From Longimicrobiales bacterium (lineage in GTDB: Bacteria > Gemmatimonadota > Gemmatimonadetes > Longimicrobiales > Gaopeijiaceae): a DNA stretch of 64,000 nt. A program made the position numbers and the translations under genes. The DNA is taken from contig CBDFIQ010000002.1 of assembly GCA_965248195.1 (NCBI GenBank), positions 512,001 to 576,000 of the forward strand. Reading direction: 5' to 3'. The notes below the pieces were generated by a model that saw only the letters and a list, made by a program, of their open reading frames with translations, was not told the origin of the DNA and did not search any database. Within the stretch, counting starts at the first letter, position 1. The number at the start of each line of letters is the position of its first letter. Shown one piece after another: positions 21,412-31,209 of the stretch.

Positions 21412-21480
21412 ACCCTCACATCCGACCCGCCGCGATCGACACAGCGAGGGCAAGGATCACGACAGCGAGCCCGAGCCCAT

Positions 21481-21732
21481 TCATCTGTCTATGTTCTCCA
21501 CCACGGCCCCAGGGCCTCCCACGCGCAGCGCATCGACAAGCTCGCGCCGCTTCGATTCCAGGCCGTCGAGCCGCGAGAGCGAGGTGTCCACACACGTCTG
21601 AGCGAGGTCGCGGAACCCCACCGCGCTTTCGGCCAGCTGTGCGTTGTGCACCTCGGCCCTCCACCAGCCGACGGCCGTGAAGAGCAGACCCGAGAGCAGC
21701 AGGAACCGTTTCAGCGCTTCGACGTCGATCAT
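21481..21732 (-). CDS. Hypothetical phage membrane-anchored protein
   Basis: N-terminal hydrophobic segment; co-oriented with neighbours. Confidence 0.45.
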   Translation of the reverse strand: MIDVEALKRFLLLSGLLFTAVGWWRAEVHNAQLAESAVGFRDLAQTCVDTSLSRLDGLESKRRELVDALRVGGPGAVVENIDR

Positions 21733-22013
21733 CTTTCAGAGGCCATCGTCTGGGTCTCCTTCTTCGTGGGTTCGGCGTGCGCGTCAGCCTTCATGGGTCT
21801 TCTTATCGGTCCAGAGCAGCGCCGCGATCAGCACCAACACGCCGCCGAGGACCAGGGCTCCGGAAAGAAATTTCAGGTAGAGCATTCAGTGCACCGTCCA
21901 CGGGTTCGGTGTCTTCACTCGCTTCAGGCTCCGGAGCCACTTCCTCCATTTCTGGAGCCTCGATAGACTGGGGGGGATTCTTGTGCCTGAGAATTCGACT
22001 GGCTGTAGCTGAA

Positions 22014-22085
22014 TAGCGGGGGGCGGACTCGAACCGCCGACCTTCGGGTTATGGGCCCGACGAGCTGCCGCTGCTCTACCCCGCA
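22014..22085 (-). tRNA. tRNA-Met(CAT), initiator type, no encoded CCA
   Basis: Cloverleaf TGCGGGG..TCGGG-CCCATAA-CCCGA..GGCGG-TTCGAGT-CCGCC-CCCCGCT-A; three G:C anticodon-stem pairs and 1:72 mismatch. Confidence 0.88.
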
Positions 22086-22164
22086 TATATCACCCGCCGT
22101 CGCCGGTCGCCACCAAGCCGTGCCGATTTATCACCTCGCACTCTCCGGCCTCTGGGGGGTGTAT

Positions 22165-23151
22165 TCACGCGGGCTGCGCGTCCAGCGCCCGCTTCTGTAG
22201 GTCCACGATCGCCTCGCGGATTGCACGGCCCTGCTTCTGCTCGATGGCCACGTCCAGTTCGTCTGCTTCCTGGTCCGTGACTACGGGTGTCCCGCCGAGC
22301 GTGTCGAGCAGTTCTTTCAACTGCCGCACCTCGCCCCGTGTCGGTGGCTTGTCGAGATCCTCGTCCTTGTCCGGGCTCCCTGCGAGGTCCTCCGCCATGC
22401 GCTCGGACTTCGACGGGAGCGGCTCGCTGCCGATGACCTCGGCAGGCGTGAGTGAGCCCGTCGATACCGCGTCGTCCTTGGCGATCGCGCGCTCTAGCTC
22501 GGTGCTCATCGGGAGAGATTTGCAGAGGCGCCGGACGGCGGACTTCTTCCACATCTCCGACTCCCAATCGACCCACGGCCCGCGTTGCGAGGCCTTCGAA
22601 GCGGCCCTGATCTTGTTCACTTCCTCGCGAGTCAGAACGACGAACTTTGAGTGCCCGTTGTTGAAGCGTGCGACCGCGTAGGCGTAGGTCAGAACGCCCT
22701 CGTCGTCGGGCCTGCCCTCAGCGGGCTTGTGCGTGAGCACTGGATCAAGCCCGAGGCGGTATTCGAACTCGTCGCCATCGCGTACGACCTGCGGGTCGAT
22801 GTCGTAGACGCGCCCGCCTCGGTAGACCAGCTCGGCCATGCCCCGATAGCCGACTTGGAGTTGGACCTCCTTCTGCTGCGTGTTCTTGTTGTAGTACGGC
22901 ACGAGGTACGCTTGGCCGAGCACACCGGTCGGCTCGAGCCCGAGCCCGCCCACCTCGATCAGAGCGAGTGCCATGCTCTCCTGGCTGCATTCGAGGAGCG
23001 CCGGATTCTTGAGCACGGCGGTGATCGCGACCTTGATGAGCCGCTCGGCCGTGACGTGCTCCGCGATGACCTTCTGGATCGCGGAGGCCTCGCCCTCGAG
23101 GAAGGTCTGGAGCCCCCCTACCATGTCTCTATTCGCTAATGCTGTTCCCAT
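22165..23151 (-). CDS. recT: RecT-family single-strand annealing protein
   Basis: LGLEP..GQAYLVPY..QLQVGYRG..EMWKKSAVRRLCK.LP. Confidence 0.92.
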   Translation of the reverse strand: MGTALANRDMVGGLQTFLEGEASAIQKVIAEHVTAERLIKVAITAVLKNPALLECSQESMALALIEVGGLGLEPTGVLGQAYLVPYYNKNTQQKEVQLQVGYRGMAELVYRGGRVYDIDPQVVRDGDEFEYRLGLDPVLTHKPAEGRPDDEGVLTYAYAVARFNNGHSKFVVLTREEVNKIRAASKASQRGPWVDWESEMWKKSAVRRLCKSLPMSTELERAIAKDDAVSTGSLTPAEVIGSEPLPSKSERMAEDLAGSPDKDEDLDKPPTRGEVRQLKELLDTLGGTPVVTDQEADELDVAIEQKQGRAIREAIVDLQKRALDAQPA

Positions 23152-23160
23152 GAGGTCCTC

Positions 23161-24273
23161 CTAGAAAAACTTGGGCAGGAACCGCCGCGTGCCCGGCTTC
23201 GTCGTGGTGTGCTTCTCGAGCACTCCCTCGACCTCGTCCGGCGTAATCCCGCGAAGTTCCGCCATCGTGGATAGTTCGATGAACGCGGCCTTGTGGTCGG
23301 TCACGTCGCCGTCCTTCGTCTTCTTCCAAGTGATCTTGAAGCCGGGGCCGATGAGCGTAGCGAGTTCGCCCATCCTGTCCTTCACGGCGTTCTCGGCTGC
23401 GGTCTTCGCCGTCTGTGCTTCCTTGGCCGCTTCGCGGGCGTCGTGCAGATCGTCGGCTAACACAGCGTATTTGTGGCGACCGTCGACTGTCAGTTCGGAA
23501 TCCGGCTTGTGTTCCGGATAGAAGATGCCGAGCGCCTTCTTGCCGGTCTCGGTATTCATCGCCTCGGGCGGGTGCCGTCGCTGGATCCTGCTCCAGAACA
23601 ACATCTCCTCGTCAAGGATCTTGGCCTGTAGGTCCGCATTCGGATCTACCGTGAACACCCGGAACTTCTGGCCACCGACCAGCGTCGGTACGATCACCGG
23701 TAGGGCCTCCCCTGTGATGCTCTCGTAGACCATCGACTCGTGCTGGCACTGGACGATGTACTCGTCGGGGATCTCGTCGGTGAGCTCGTCGTCCAGATTC
23801 CAGCGCTCGGCCATCCAGGTGCCCGCCGTCTTGGCTTCGACGAGCGCAATCACCTCGCCCGGACGGTAGCCGGCGTTCCCCAGCACCAACCCGTCCAGAT
23901 GACAGCCGATGAAATCGTGGTCGGCGTGGCGGAGCGTGTCGAGGCGTGCCTCCTCCTCCGGCGCTGCGGGGCCTTGCCACCCGTCCGGGTGGAACCGCAC
24001 GACCTCGTCAGCGCGGTTGCGCCCTACGATGACGTGACCGGAGCGCGTGGCGTACTGCTGCAGGATCACGGGCTCGAGGATCAGCCCCCACTCGGCCGGC
24101 TCGCTCATCTCGCCGCGCTCTGTCAGCCCGAGCTTATCCAGATAGAGATCGAGCGGCGTGCTGCCCTCCCATGGACTGAGCCCCATCACCTTCGGGGCAT
24201 CCGAGCCGCCGATCAGGGTGCTTCGAACAGCTGGATCTGATGCGGGACCGCGTACGCTCGTCGCCGTGCTCAT
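23161..24273 (-). CDS. YqaJ-like viral recombinase exonuclease
   Basis: IGGSDAP, WGLILEPVI, HLDG..EAKT, YIVQCQH; upstream of recT. Confidence 0.88.
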   Translation of the reverse strand: MSTATSVRGPASDPAVRSTLIGGSDAPKVMGLSPWEGSTPLDLYLDKLGLTERGEMSEPAEWGLILEPVILQQYATRSGHVIVGRNRADEVVRFHPDGWQGPAAPEEEARLDTLRHADHDFIGCHLDGLVLGNAGYRPGEVIALVEAKTAGTWMAERWNLDDELTDEIPDEYIVQCQHESMVYESITGEALPVIVPTLVGGQKFRVFTVDPNADLQAKILDEEMLFWSRIQRRHPPEAMNTETGKKALGIFYPEHKPDSELTVDGRHKYAVLADDLHDAREAAKEAQTAKTAAENAVKDRMGELATLIGPGFKITWKKTKDGDVTDHKAAFIELSTMAELRGITPDEVEGVLEKHTTTKPGTRRFLPKFF

Positions 24274-24650
24274 CGGATCGCCTCCCACTCACGCACGAAG
24301 TCTTGCCAGGTGGGGCAATCCCTGAGCTTCACTGAGCGCTGATGCAGGGCAACCCAGGCCGCGACCTTCGCTTCCGATCCGTAGCATGAAGCCGGTGGCA
24401 CGTTTCTGAGCCAACGCAGGATGTACTCAATGCAGTGCCGGTTTCGGTCGTCAGCGCTCCGAAAGGTGCCGAACAGATCGCCCACGAGCACAGCGTATAG
24501 GAACGAGCCGACCGGCCTGCCGTGCTCCACGTATTCGATCAGAGCATCGATCGTGTATTCCGGGATTGCCACCCAGGCCTGCGGTCTCAGTGGGATACGG
24601 CCGTTCATTCCTCCTTCGGGCACAAGGGCCCGCTCCTTGACCTCATTCAT
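24270..24650 (-). CDS. Hypothetical phage protein
   Basis: GGAGG RBS; GSFLYAVL.GDL..AD..N motif; stop overlaps yqaJ start. Confidence 0.6.
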   Translation of the reverse strand: MNEVKERALVPEGGMNGRIPLRPQAWVAIPEYTIDALIEYVEHGRPVGSFLYAVLVGDLFGTFRSADDRNRHCIEYILRWLRNVPPASCYGSEAKVAAWVALHQRSVKLRDCPTWQDFVREWEAIR

Positions 24651-24745
24651 TCAGGCCTCCAGCTTTGATGGATGAAACCCGCGATGTCCTCCGATGGAGG
24701 GACGAAGCGGGGCGCACGGTTGGCCGATAACCGACCGTGCGACTG

Positions 24746-24781
24746 ACGAGAGGGCTCTTTTCGAGTCCTCTCGTTTGTTTT
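24746..24781. terminator. Hairpin/terminator in the early operon
   Basis: ACGAGAGGGCTC-TTTC-GAGTCCTCTCGT followed by TTGTTTT on +. Confidence 0.5.
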
Positions 24782-24790
24782 GTTGGGGGA

Positions 24791-25087
24791 TCACAGCGCT
24801 CGCCCCTCGTGGAGGAGGCCGGGGACCTTGACCCCGTTCTCTTCGAGGATCTCACGCTGCTCCTCCTCGGGGATCGGTTGGACGTCGTCGCCGAAGACGT
24901 GCGCCATCCCATCCCGGACCATGTCGTCCCGGTTCTTCCGGAGCTGGCGGTATATCGAGCGGCGGGTTAGGCCGTAGAGCACCACCCGGCTCAAGAACTC
25001 CGGATCCGTCTTCTGGACCTCCTCGGCCTGCTCGGCGATATCATGGGGAAGCCGGACGGTGATCTCGACGGTTCTAGTCTCCCACAT
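24791..25087 (-). CDS. Small protein, possible ribbon-helix-helix regulator
   Basis: Strong AGGAGG RBS; VEITVRLP strand then helices. Confidence 0.55.
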   Translation of the reverse strand: MWETRTVEITVRLPHDIAEQAEEVQKTDPEFLSRVVLYGLTRRSIYRQLRKNRDDMVRDGMAHVFGDDVQPIPEEEQREILEENGVKVPGLLHEGRAL

Positions 25088-25257
25088 GGTCTTCCTCCTG
25101 GTTCATGGCGTGACCCCCGCAGCCCTCTCACGGAAGTCCAGGACCTCACGGACGGTGGGCTCGTCTTCGTCGGGGCGGACTTCGTCGCGGACTTCGTCGA
25201 GGTGGTCGTAGGTCCCAGCCTCTCCGTAGTACTCGTTCTCGCTCATATCCTCGGGTT

Positions 25258-26193
25258 TCACGACGCGCGCCCATTTCGGAGGAACCTCACGGCGTCGTCG
25301 AAGCGTTCGGAGATCAGGCTGAGGCTGCGCCGGGCCTCTTCGTCTTCTTCTCTGTCCTGCTGCCAAAGAGCCTCGTCACGGCCCGCCAGGACGCGCTCGC
25401 GGACCAACTCCTCCAACACGGCCGGTTCCAAGGCATCTAGCTCCCAGGACTCGTCGCCGTGGACTCTGGTGTAGTCCTTCGCCCTCGGGTCTGTCTGCTT
25501 CGCTGGGTTCGGCGGTGGGCCGTATTGCTCGACCTGATCCATGTTGAGCGCGAGGCGCTCGACGTTGACCAAACCCTCATCCGGGTGGTCGCTGACATGG
25601 TCGAAGAGATTTTGGCGGTCCAGGATGTCGCGGGTCATGTCTATCCCGCTCGCATCGTGATCGCCGAAGTGAAGGATGGTGACCTCTTGCCCGTCGTGCT
25701 CCTGCAGTCTGCGAGCTGCCCTCCAGACCGAGGACTGAGACGGGTAGCCACGGCACGGGAAGAGTGGAACCTGCAGCTCGTCGCACACACGGCGGAAGAC
25801 GCCCGCGAGGGCCTCCTTCTCTACCCACACCTCAAAGCGCTCGGGCTGTCGTGCCCAGCGGTCGGTGCGGAAGCTGTTGGCGGAGACGCCGACAATCGAC
25901 GACGGGCTGCTCCAGTTGGGTAGCTCGTGCAAGTTCCGGGTCCGGTCGACGATGGTGTCCCAGTCGATCCAGCCGGCCAGCCGGGCTCGGTCGACGATCC
26001 GACCGAGCCGGTCGTACATGGCTGACGTGTTGGGGAGCAGGTCTCGCGCCACGAACTGGTAGTAGAGCTGCCTGAGCGTCAGGTCGTAGCCAGCGGCGGT
26101 GTATTCGTCGATGATCTCGACGGCCTGCTCCACAACAGAGTAGGTCGCCGCCGTCGGGTTCCACGCCTTGTACTCGATGCAGGGGCTCACCAC
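25258..26193 (-). CDS. Topoisomerase VI-A/Spo11-like wHTH-TOPRIM protein
   Basis: LTLRQLYY, VWVEK, GDHDASG, WELDAL. Confidence 0.7.
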   Translation of the reverse strand: MVSPCIEYKAWNPTAATYSVVEQAVEIIDEYTAAGYDLTLRQLYYQFVARDLLPNTSAMYDRLGRIVDRARLAGWIDWDTIVDRTRNLHELPNWSSPSSIVGVSANSFRTDRWARQPERFEVWVEKEALAGVFRRVCDELQVPLFPCRGYPSQSSVWRAARRLQEHDGQEVTILHFGDHDASGIDMTRDILDRQNLFDHVSDHPDEGLVNVERLALNMDQVEQYGPPPNPAKQTDPRAKDYTRVHGDESWELDALEPAVLEELVRERVLAGRDEALWQQDREEDEEARRSLSLISERFDDAVRFLRNGRAS

Positions 26194-26474
26194 GCACCCC
26201 CATTCACCCGGACCACCGTGTCCTGGGCCAACTGGATCCGCTGGCGACTGGACTTGATCGTGACCCGCTTGCCGTTTCCGGTCTCGAAGGTGCGACCGGA
26301 CGCCTTACGGACGACGGTGGTGCCGCCGGGCGACTGGTCCAGGACCTTCAGCTTGGACCCGCTGCCGTCGTTCACCACGACCCAGCACACGCGGCCCCGG
26401 CGCAGACTGCCGAGGTAGACGTGGCCGGGGGAGTGCCGGGGGACATCGCTGCCGTAGGCGTCGAGGTAGGTCAT
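26187..26474 (-). CDS. Hypothetical phage protein
   Basis: Overlapping start/stop with both neighbours. Confidence 0.55.
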   Translation of the reverse strand: MTYLDAYGSDVPRHSPGHVYLGSLRRGRVCWVVVNDGSGSKLKVLDQSPGGTTVVRKASGRTFETGNGKRVTIKSSRQRIQLAQDTVVRVNGGAW

Positions 26475-26986
26475 GGCACGCTCCCTTCGGCCAGCGCATC
26501 CCGCAATTCGATGCCCTCACGGGCGCGGAGGACGTCGCGGATGTCGGCCAACTCGAACTGCGCGTGGCCTTCGTCCCGCTGCGCGTCGGCGTACTGCTCG
26601 CCGCTTGCCATGCCAAGGAAGTACTGTTGCCCTACATCGACCTCCTGGTAGCCGAGCACGTTGACCCGGCCCCGGAGGTAGCGTGCGCGATCGAGCAACG
26701 TCTCGGTCGAGGCGGTCCAAAGCTCCGAGGCGATAACCGCCCGGGTGATGGCCTCGGAGAACTCCCTCGCCGTCGCTTCGTCCGACTCCGCGAGATCCAT
26801 GACGCTGACGATGAGGCGGGTGAGCGGATTGTCAGGCTCGTCGGTGAGCCAATGTGAGAGCCGGGCGCGGCTAACGTTGAGTTCGTCGGCGACGTGTTTT
26901 TGCTTGCCTGAACGGCTGATGGCATACCGGAGGAGCCCGTGGGCTACCCGACTCCGTGCCAGACGCTTCCTGGTCTCGGTTGGCAT
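26471..26986 (-). CDS. HTH protein in CII position
   Basis: QKHVADELNVSRARLSHWL; GGAGG RBS before MPTET. Confidence 0.6.
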   Translation of the reverse strand: MPTETRKRLARSRVAHGLLRYAISRSGKQKHVADELNVSRARLSHWLTDEPDNPLTRLIVSVMDLAESDEATAREFSEAITRAVIASELWTASTETLLDRARYLRGRVNVLGYQEVDVGQQYFLGMASGEQYADAQRDEGHAQFELADIRDVLRAREGIELRDALAEGSVP

Positions 26987-27173
26987 TGATGGAACCTCCG
27001 TGCGATGCCGCACCTCTACGGCGGTTTGCGCGGGACGACCCCGATACGACCGCCCCAGATTGTCGGGCATGACGCACATCTCCGAGATCATTGCGAGGGC
27101 GTTGGCGAGTCTCATATCAGGGCAGCAGTTGCCTCCGTCTCCGGCAGCACACGCTCGCGGGCCTCGTTCGCCG

Positions 27174-27449
27174 TCACGATGCCACCTCCGCTGGCTTCGG
27201 TGCAGACCCGTCAATGAGTTGATCGACCTGTTCCCGAGTCAGGCCGAGACGCTCGGCAAGCGCGTCCCGGATGTCGTCGTAGCGCCGACGCCCCTGGAGA
27301 CACATGCTCACTTCCTCGATGTACCGACCGAGGTACCGCGCAAAATCCCGGTACGTCTCGTATCCGGCCTCGCGCATGAGCGCCTTTAGTTGATCGGCCC
27401 CCGTCATGCCGTCGAGGATGCGGCGCTCTACTTCGTTGATCTTGGCCAT
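27174..27449 (-). CDS. Cro-like HTH protein
   Basis: Small XRE-type HTH divergent from the repressor. Confidence 0.7.
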   Translation of the reverse strand: MAKINEVERRILDGMTGADQLKALMREAGYETYRDFARYLGRYIEEVSMCLQGRRRYDDIRDALAERLGLTREQVDQLIDGSAPKPAEVAS

Positions 27450-27469
27450 TCTGTGACCTACCTTGTCGT

Positions 27470-27587
27470 GTTAAGTCGTTAACCAACACACAGTCCATCT
27501 CTACCGCTGTGGCGGCAAGTGTTAACGGCTAAACGTCAACCTGCGGTTTTCGCGAACCGTTGTCAAGAGGCGTATTGACGGTGAACC
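27470..27587. promoter_or_regulatory. cI/cro operator region
   Basis: Related near-palindromes GTTAAGTCGTTAAC (27470), GTTAACGGCTAAAC (27521), TTGACGGTGAAC (~27575); minus-strand TTGACA 27561-27566. Confidence 0.5.
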
Positions 27588-28498
27588 GTGAATTGGCATT
27601 CCGGGAGAGACTGGCCGAAGCGATTCGGCTATCCGGCCTTCAGAAGCAAGAAATCGCCAGCACACTGGAGATTAGGAGGTCGACGATCTCGTCATGGTTG
27701 AGTACAGGCGAAAGCGGCACACTTCCCCGCACAGACCAGCTTTTGCGGTTAGTCGGTATTTTAGGGATCTCCAGCCATTGGCTACTTACCGGCGAGGGTC
27801 CGATCGTTCCCGACCTGGTAAGAGACCGACGTATGATTGCGATGCACGGCGTCCTAAGTGCTACTCCAGAGCAACTGGCGGAGCTGATTGAGCTGATCGA
27901 ACCGTCAGCGGCCGTCAGTGATAACGACAACGGAGCAACCGATCCGGCGGCCTCACGCGAGGAGCTGGAAGCCGCGCTCCAGCGCATTACGGAAGAGCAC
28001 GACCGCCTCCGGGCTCAGGTGTCAGGAGGCCCCGAGCTCCCGGACCCCGACGTGTCCCCGATCCAGTCAGCGCCGGGGTGGCGGGACGAAGACTACGAGA
28101 CCGTGAGACGCTACGAGTCCGAGGATGTAGCGCTCGCGGCGGGAACCGGCACATTCGCCGACCAAGAACCCGTCGCAGGTGAGGTCAAATTCCGCACAAG
28201 CTGGCTGCGGGAGCACCACCTGAGGGCCAATGACCTCTTTCTGGTCGATGTCTTGGGCGATAGTATGGAGCCCACGATCTGCGACGGAGACTCGGCGCTA
28301 GTTGATGAGACCCACAGATCACCACGCAGCGGCAAGATCTACGCACTGCGTACGGGAGACGGTCCACTCGTCAAGCGGCTGCGGAAGCGTGACCACCGCT
28401 GGTGGGCGGACAGCGACAACGATAAGTACGAGCCCCAGCCGCTCGACGATGTAGCCCGAATCCTAGGGCGCGTCGTCTGGTGGGCGCACACGGATTAG
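27560..28498 (+). CDS. CI-like repressor (XRE HTH plus S24 peptidase)
   Basis: HTH with HWLLTGEG; A-G cleavage site (LAAG), GDSMEP, LVKRL, GRVVW. Confidence 0.9.
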   Translation: MSRGVLTVNRELAFRERLAEAIRLSGLQKQEIASTLEIRRSTISSWLSTGESGTLPRTDQLLRLVGILGISSHWLLTGEGPIVPDLVRDRRMIAMHGVLSATPEQLAELIELIEPSAAVSDNDNGATDPAASREELEAALQRITEEHDRLRAQVSGGPELPDPDVSPIQSAPGWRDEDYETVRRYESEDVALAAGTGTFADQEPVAGEVKFRTSWLREHHLRANDLFLVDVLGDSMEPTICDGDSALVDETHRSPRSGKIYALRTGDGPLVKRLRKRDHRWWADSDNDKYEPQPLDDVARILGRVVWWAHTD

Positions 28499-28571
28499 GG
28501 GAGATGTTTCACTAACGGCTATCCCCCCATGGCGCACAATAATGGCGCACAATAGAGGAGGGTTGTTACCA

Positions 28572-29075
28572 ATGAGAAAGGTTGACGCAGTTCGAGGACT
28601 CTCCGTTTTCGCTCTCGCGATCTCGGTAGTTGGATGTGGCACGATGTTCGGCGGCACTACCAAGAATATCTCAGTCACGTCCGCGCCATCAGCCGCAACG
28701 ATCACGACAAACCCCAGTACAGCCGTTTTCACAACTCCAACCACTCTAAATCTTCAGCGCAAGAACGAATACACACTTATCGCCCGGAGGGATGGGTACA
28801 ACGAAGCTCAGTTCCAGATTCGTAAGTCTATGCGAGCCGGGCCGCTCATTCTGGATATTCTATTCACGGGCCTGCTCGGAGTGATCGTGGACGCCGCCAC
28901 TGGCGGCTGGTGGGACCTCAATCCCGAGGATGTGACCCTCGTCCTTGAGCGCGTGGACGACAGCGTCGATGGCCCGGTTGCGATCGAGGTATCCATCAGT
29001 TCGTCGCGAAACGACCCTGGCTCTATGGTGATCGACGCTACCGAACCGGTCCAGATCGAACTTATCGCGAACTAA
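28572..29075 (+). CDS. PEGA-like domain lipoprotein (cargo)
   Basis: Lipobox VVGC; ISVTSAPSAA..TP..RDGY..IVDAATG. Confidence 0.7.
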   Translation: MRKVDAVRGLSVFALAISVVGCGTMFGGTTKNISVTSAPSAATITTNPSTAVFTTPTTLNLQRKNEYTLIARRDGYNEAQFQIRKSMRAGPLILDILFTGLLGVIVDAATGGWWDLNPEDVTLVLERVDDSVDGPVAIEVSISSSRNDPGSMVIDATEPVQIELIAN

Positions 29076-29084
29076 CGGGGTGGT

Positions 29085-29228
29085 GGTCCACTGGTCAAGC
29101 GGCTTCGCAAGCGCGACCATCGCTGGTGGGCGGATAGCGACAACGAAGAGTACGAGCCGCAGCCGCTCGAGGATCGAGCCCGAATCATGGGCCGCGTCGT
29201 CTGGTGGGCGCACACGGAGGAGGGGTGA
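29085..29228 (+). repeat. Diverged copy 2 of cI 3' end
   Basis: Encodes GPLVKRLRKRDHRWWADSDNEEYEPQPLEDRARIMGRVVWWAHTEEG*; matches 28361-28498. Confidence 0.92.
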
Positions 29229-29275
29229 GGGCGGCCGCCTATCCCCCCCTGGTGGAAAACGAATAGGAGGGTGTC

Positions 29276-29340
29276 GTGGCACTTCAACCATGCCGCGAGT
29301 GAGGCAAGGAAATCAGTACCGAAGCTACCTGCTCCAAGAT
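29276..29340 (+). pseudogene. Zinc-ribbon protein N-terminal stub
   Basis: After AGGAGG: (M)ALQPCRE*GKEISTEATC, a CxxC with Cys replaced by TGA. Confidence 0.5.
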
Positions 29341-29470
29341 CGCTTCCGCGTTGTCGCAACCACAGCAATCGATCGCATGCCGAGTTATCTGAGCGGCCAA
29401 CCCGCTCTAATTCTCCCTCGACCCCGACCGTAAGAAGCCTACGCTGACTACCCGCCCAAAGGAGCCCCAG

Positions 29471-30664
29471 ATGTCTGAGAAGCACAACCAGACACGGTCT
29501 GTCCTCCGAAGCCTGATAGTCTGTGCTGTCGGCCTTCTCCCAGGCATGGCGTGGCCCTGGGCAACGCTCACACCCCAGGTCCCCTCCGACGCTCCCGTGA
29601 CCACGGACGCGCATTTCCATATGCTCGACTTCCTACAAAACGGTGAATATCTGGACGACGGTAGCCTGGTCTATAGTTCTCCAGCCAACACCCTCCCCTC
29701 GGGCGAGCGGGGCAAGCGTATTGAGGCCGTGTTTTGGGCGATGGATCAGGCGAACGTGAGCCACGCGGTCATCATGGGCATGCCGTTCCTAAAGAAGTGG
29801 GGATTGAGTGATGCCTTCCGACCCCAATACTACCTCGACAGCAGCTCACGCATGGTGCGTGCACGCGACACGGACTACGTCTTGGCTCTGGCCATTGAGG
29901 ACTACCGGCGCACGCACGGTACCGCAGCCGACGCTGAACTTGCCCGTTTGTTTCCGTCTATCTCTGGGTTCGATGGGACCGACCTTGGAGCTGTTGATAT
30001 GATCGTCAAGCGCATCAAAGAATTCCCTGGTGTGTTTAGGGGAATCGGCGAGGCCATGTCGCGCCATGACGACTTGACGAACCTGACCACAGGAGAACGA
30101 CCCCGAGCAGACCACCCCGCGTTCTTCCGAATCTTCGACTTCGCCGGTCGTGTAGGGATGCCGGTCATTATCCATCACAATATCGCCCCCATCTCTGCAA
30201 GCGAGGGGGTGAAGGACCCTGACTATCTCCCCGAGATACTGAGAGCGTTCGAGGAGTTCCCCAACACGACTTTCATCTGGTCTCACGCCGGAATCAGCCG
30301 TCGTATCACGGTGGCTGACCTTCCTGGTATCCTGGATTCGATTCTCGACCGGCACCGGGACCATGTGTACATCGGTCTTTCGTGGGTCGTATACGAGGAC
30401 TATGTATTGAGAGACTTAGACTCTTGGTCAGAGCTCATCCGTCGTTATCCGAACAACTTTGTGATCGGATCGGATGTGGTGGGACGGTACGACGGGTATG
30501 CAACAACGGTCCGTAGGTACGACACGCTTCTCTCGAATCTCGAAGCAGACGTGGCCGACAACGTGGGGCGTGCTAATCTGCTGAGAATCATGCCGCAGGA
30601 TGGGATCACGCTAGATCGCGAGTATGCCTATCCTGAGAACGCGTACACCGGCAACCGGAATTGA
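29471..30664 (+). CDS. Secreted amidohydrolase-family protein (cargo)
   Basis: DAHFH, GIGE, IIHHN, WSHAG, IGSD. Confidence 0.8.
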   Translation: MSEKHNQTRSVLRSLIVCAVGLLPGMAWPWATLTPQVPSDAPVTTDAHFHMLDFLQNGEYLDDGSLVYSSPANTLPSGERGKRIEAVFWAMDQANVSHAVIMGMPFLKKWGLSDAFRPQYYLDSSSRMVRARDTDYVLALAIEDYRRTHGTAADAELARLFPSISGFDGTDLGAVDMIVKRIKEFPGVFRGIGEAMSRHDDLTNLTTGERPRADHPAFFRIFDFAGRVGMPVIIHHNIAPISASEGVKDPDYLPEILRAFEEFPNTTFIWSHAGISRRITVADLPGILDSILDRHRDHVYIGLSWVVYEDYVLRDLDSWSELIRRYPNNFVIGSDVVGRYDGYATTVRRYDTLLSNLEADVADNVGRANLLRIMPQDGITLDREYAYPENAYTGNRN

Positions 30665-30676
30665 GACGGACGGGGC

Positions 30677-30869
30677 CTCCGCCTCAGCGGGTTTCTACGA
30701 ATCTCCGTGGGCGAAGCATCCACGGCTCCAGCTTCTGACAATCGAAGAGCTGCTCCAGGGCGGGAGGATCGATTACCCCTCGACACCCGGCACGAACGTC
30801 ACGTACAAGCGGGCACCAAGGAAAGAGAAGCAAACCGCCGAACAGCTGCGTCTCGGAGAAGGGGAATGA
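30677..30869 (+). pseudogene. C-terminal stub of an MTase/Mrr-type fusion protein
   Basis: ASAGFYES..PRLQLLTIEELL.G..IDYP..NVTYKRA. Confidence 0.5.
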
Positions 30870-30881
30870 GGCATGCCGCCA

Positions 30882-30920
30882 GGCCGCGTCGTCTGGTGGG
30901 CGCACACGGAGCGGGGGTGA
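30882..30920 (+). repeat. Copy 3 of cI 3' end
   Basis: GRVVWWAHTERG*; 26-bp core identical. Confidence 0.88.
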
Positions 30921-30983
30921 TGATGGGCAAGGAGCGGCAAGTACGTAGGATCTCGGAGCAATGACTCGATCGGAGCGGACCAG

Positions 30984-31208
30984 ATGACGGACACACATCG
31001 CGTCCTGCCCCACCCAGACGGTGGCTGGCAGGTGAAGAGAGACGGGAGAAACCGCGCGTCGAAGCGGACTCGGACGAAGGCCGAAGCCGAGGCAAGCGGT
31101 CGGGAGACCAGCCAGAACCAGCGGACCGAGCTGGCCATCCACCGGAAGGATGGCACGATCGAGCGGCGCGATAGCCACGGGAACGACCCGCCGAGCCGAC
31201 CCGGTTGA
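30984..31208 (+). CDS. DUF2188 protein
   Basis: HRVLPH..GWQVKRDG..RAS..IHRKDGTI..RDSHGNDP. Confidence 0.85.
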   Translation: MTDTHRVLPHPDGGWQVKRDGRNRASKRTRTKAEAEASGRETSQNQRTELAIHRKDGTIERRDSHGNDPPSRPG

Positions 31209-31209
31209 G

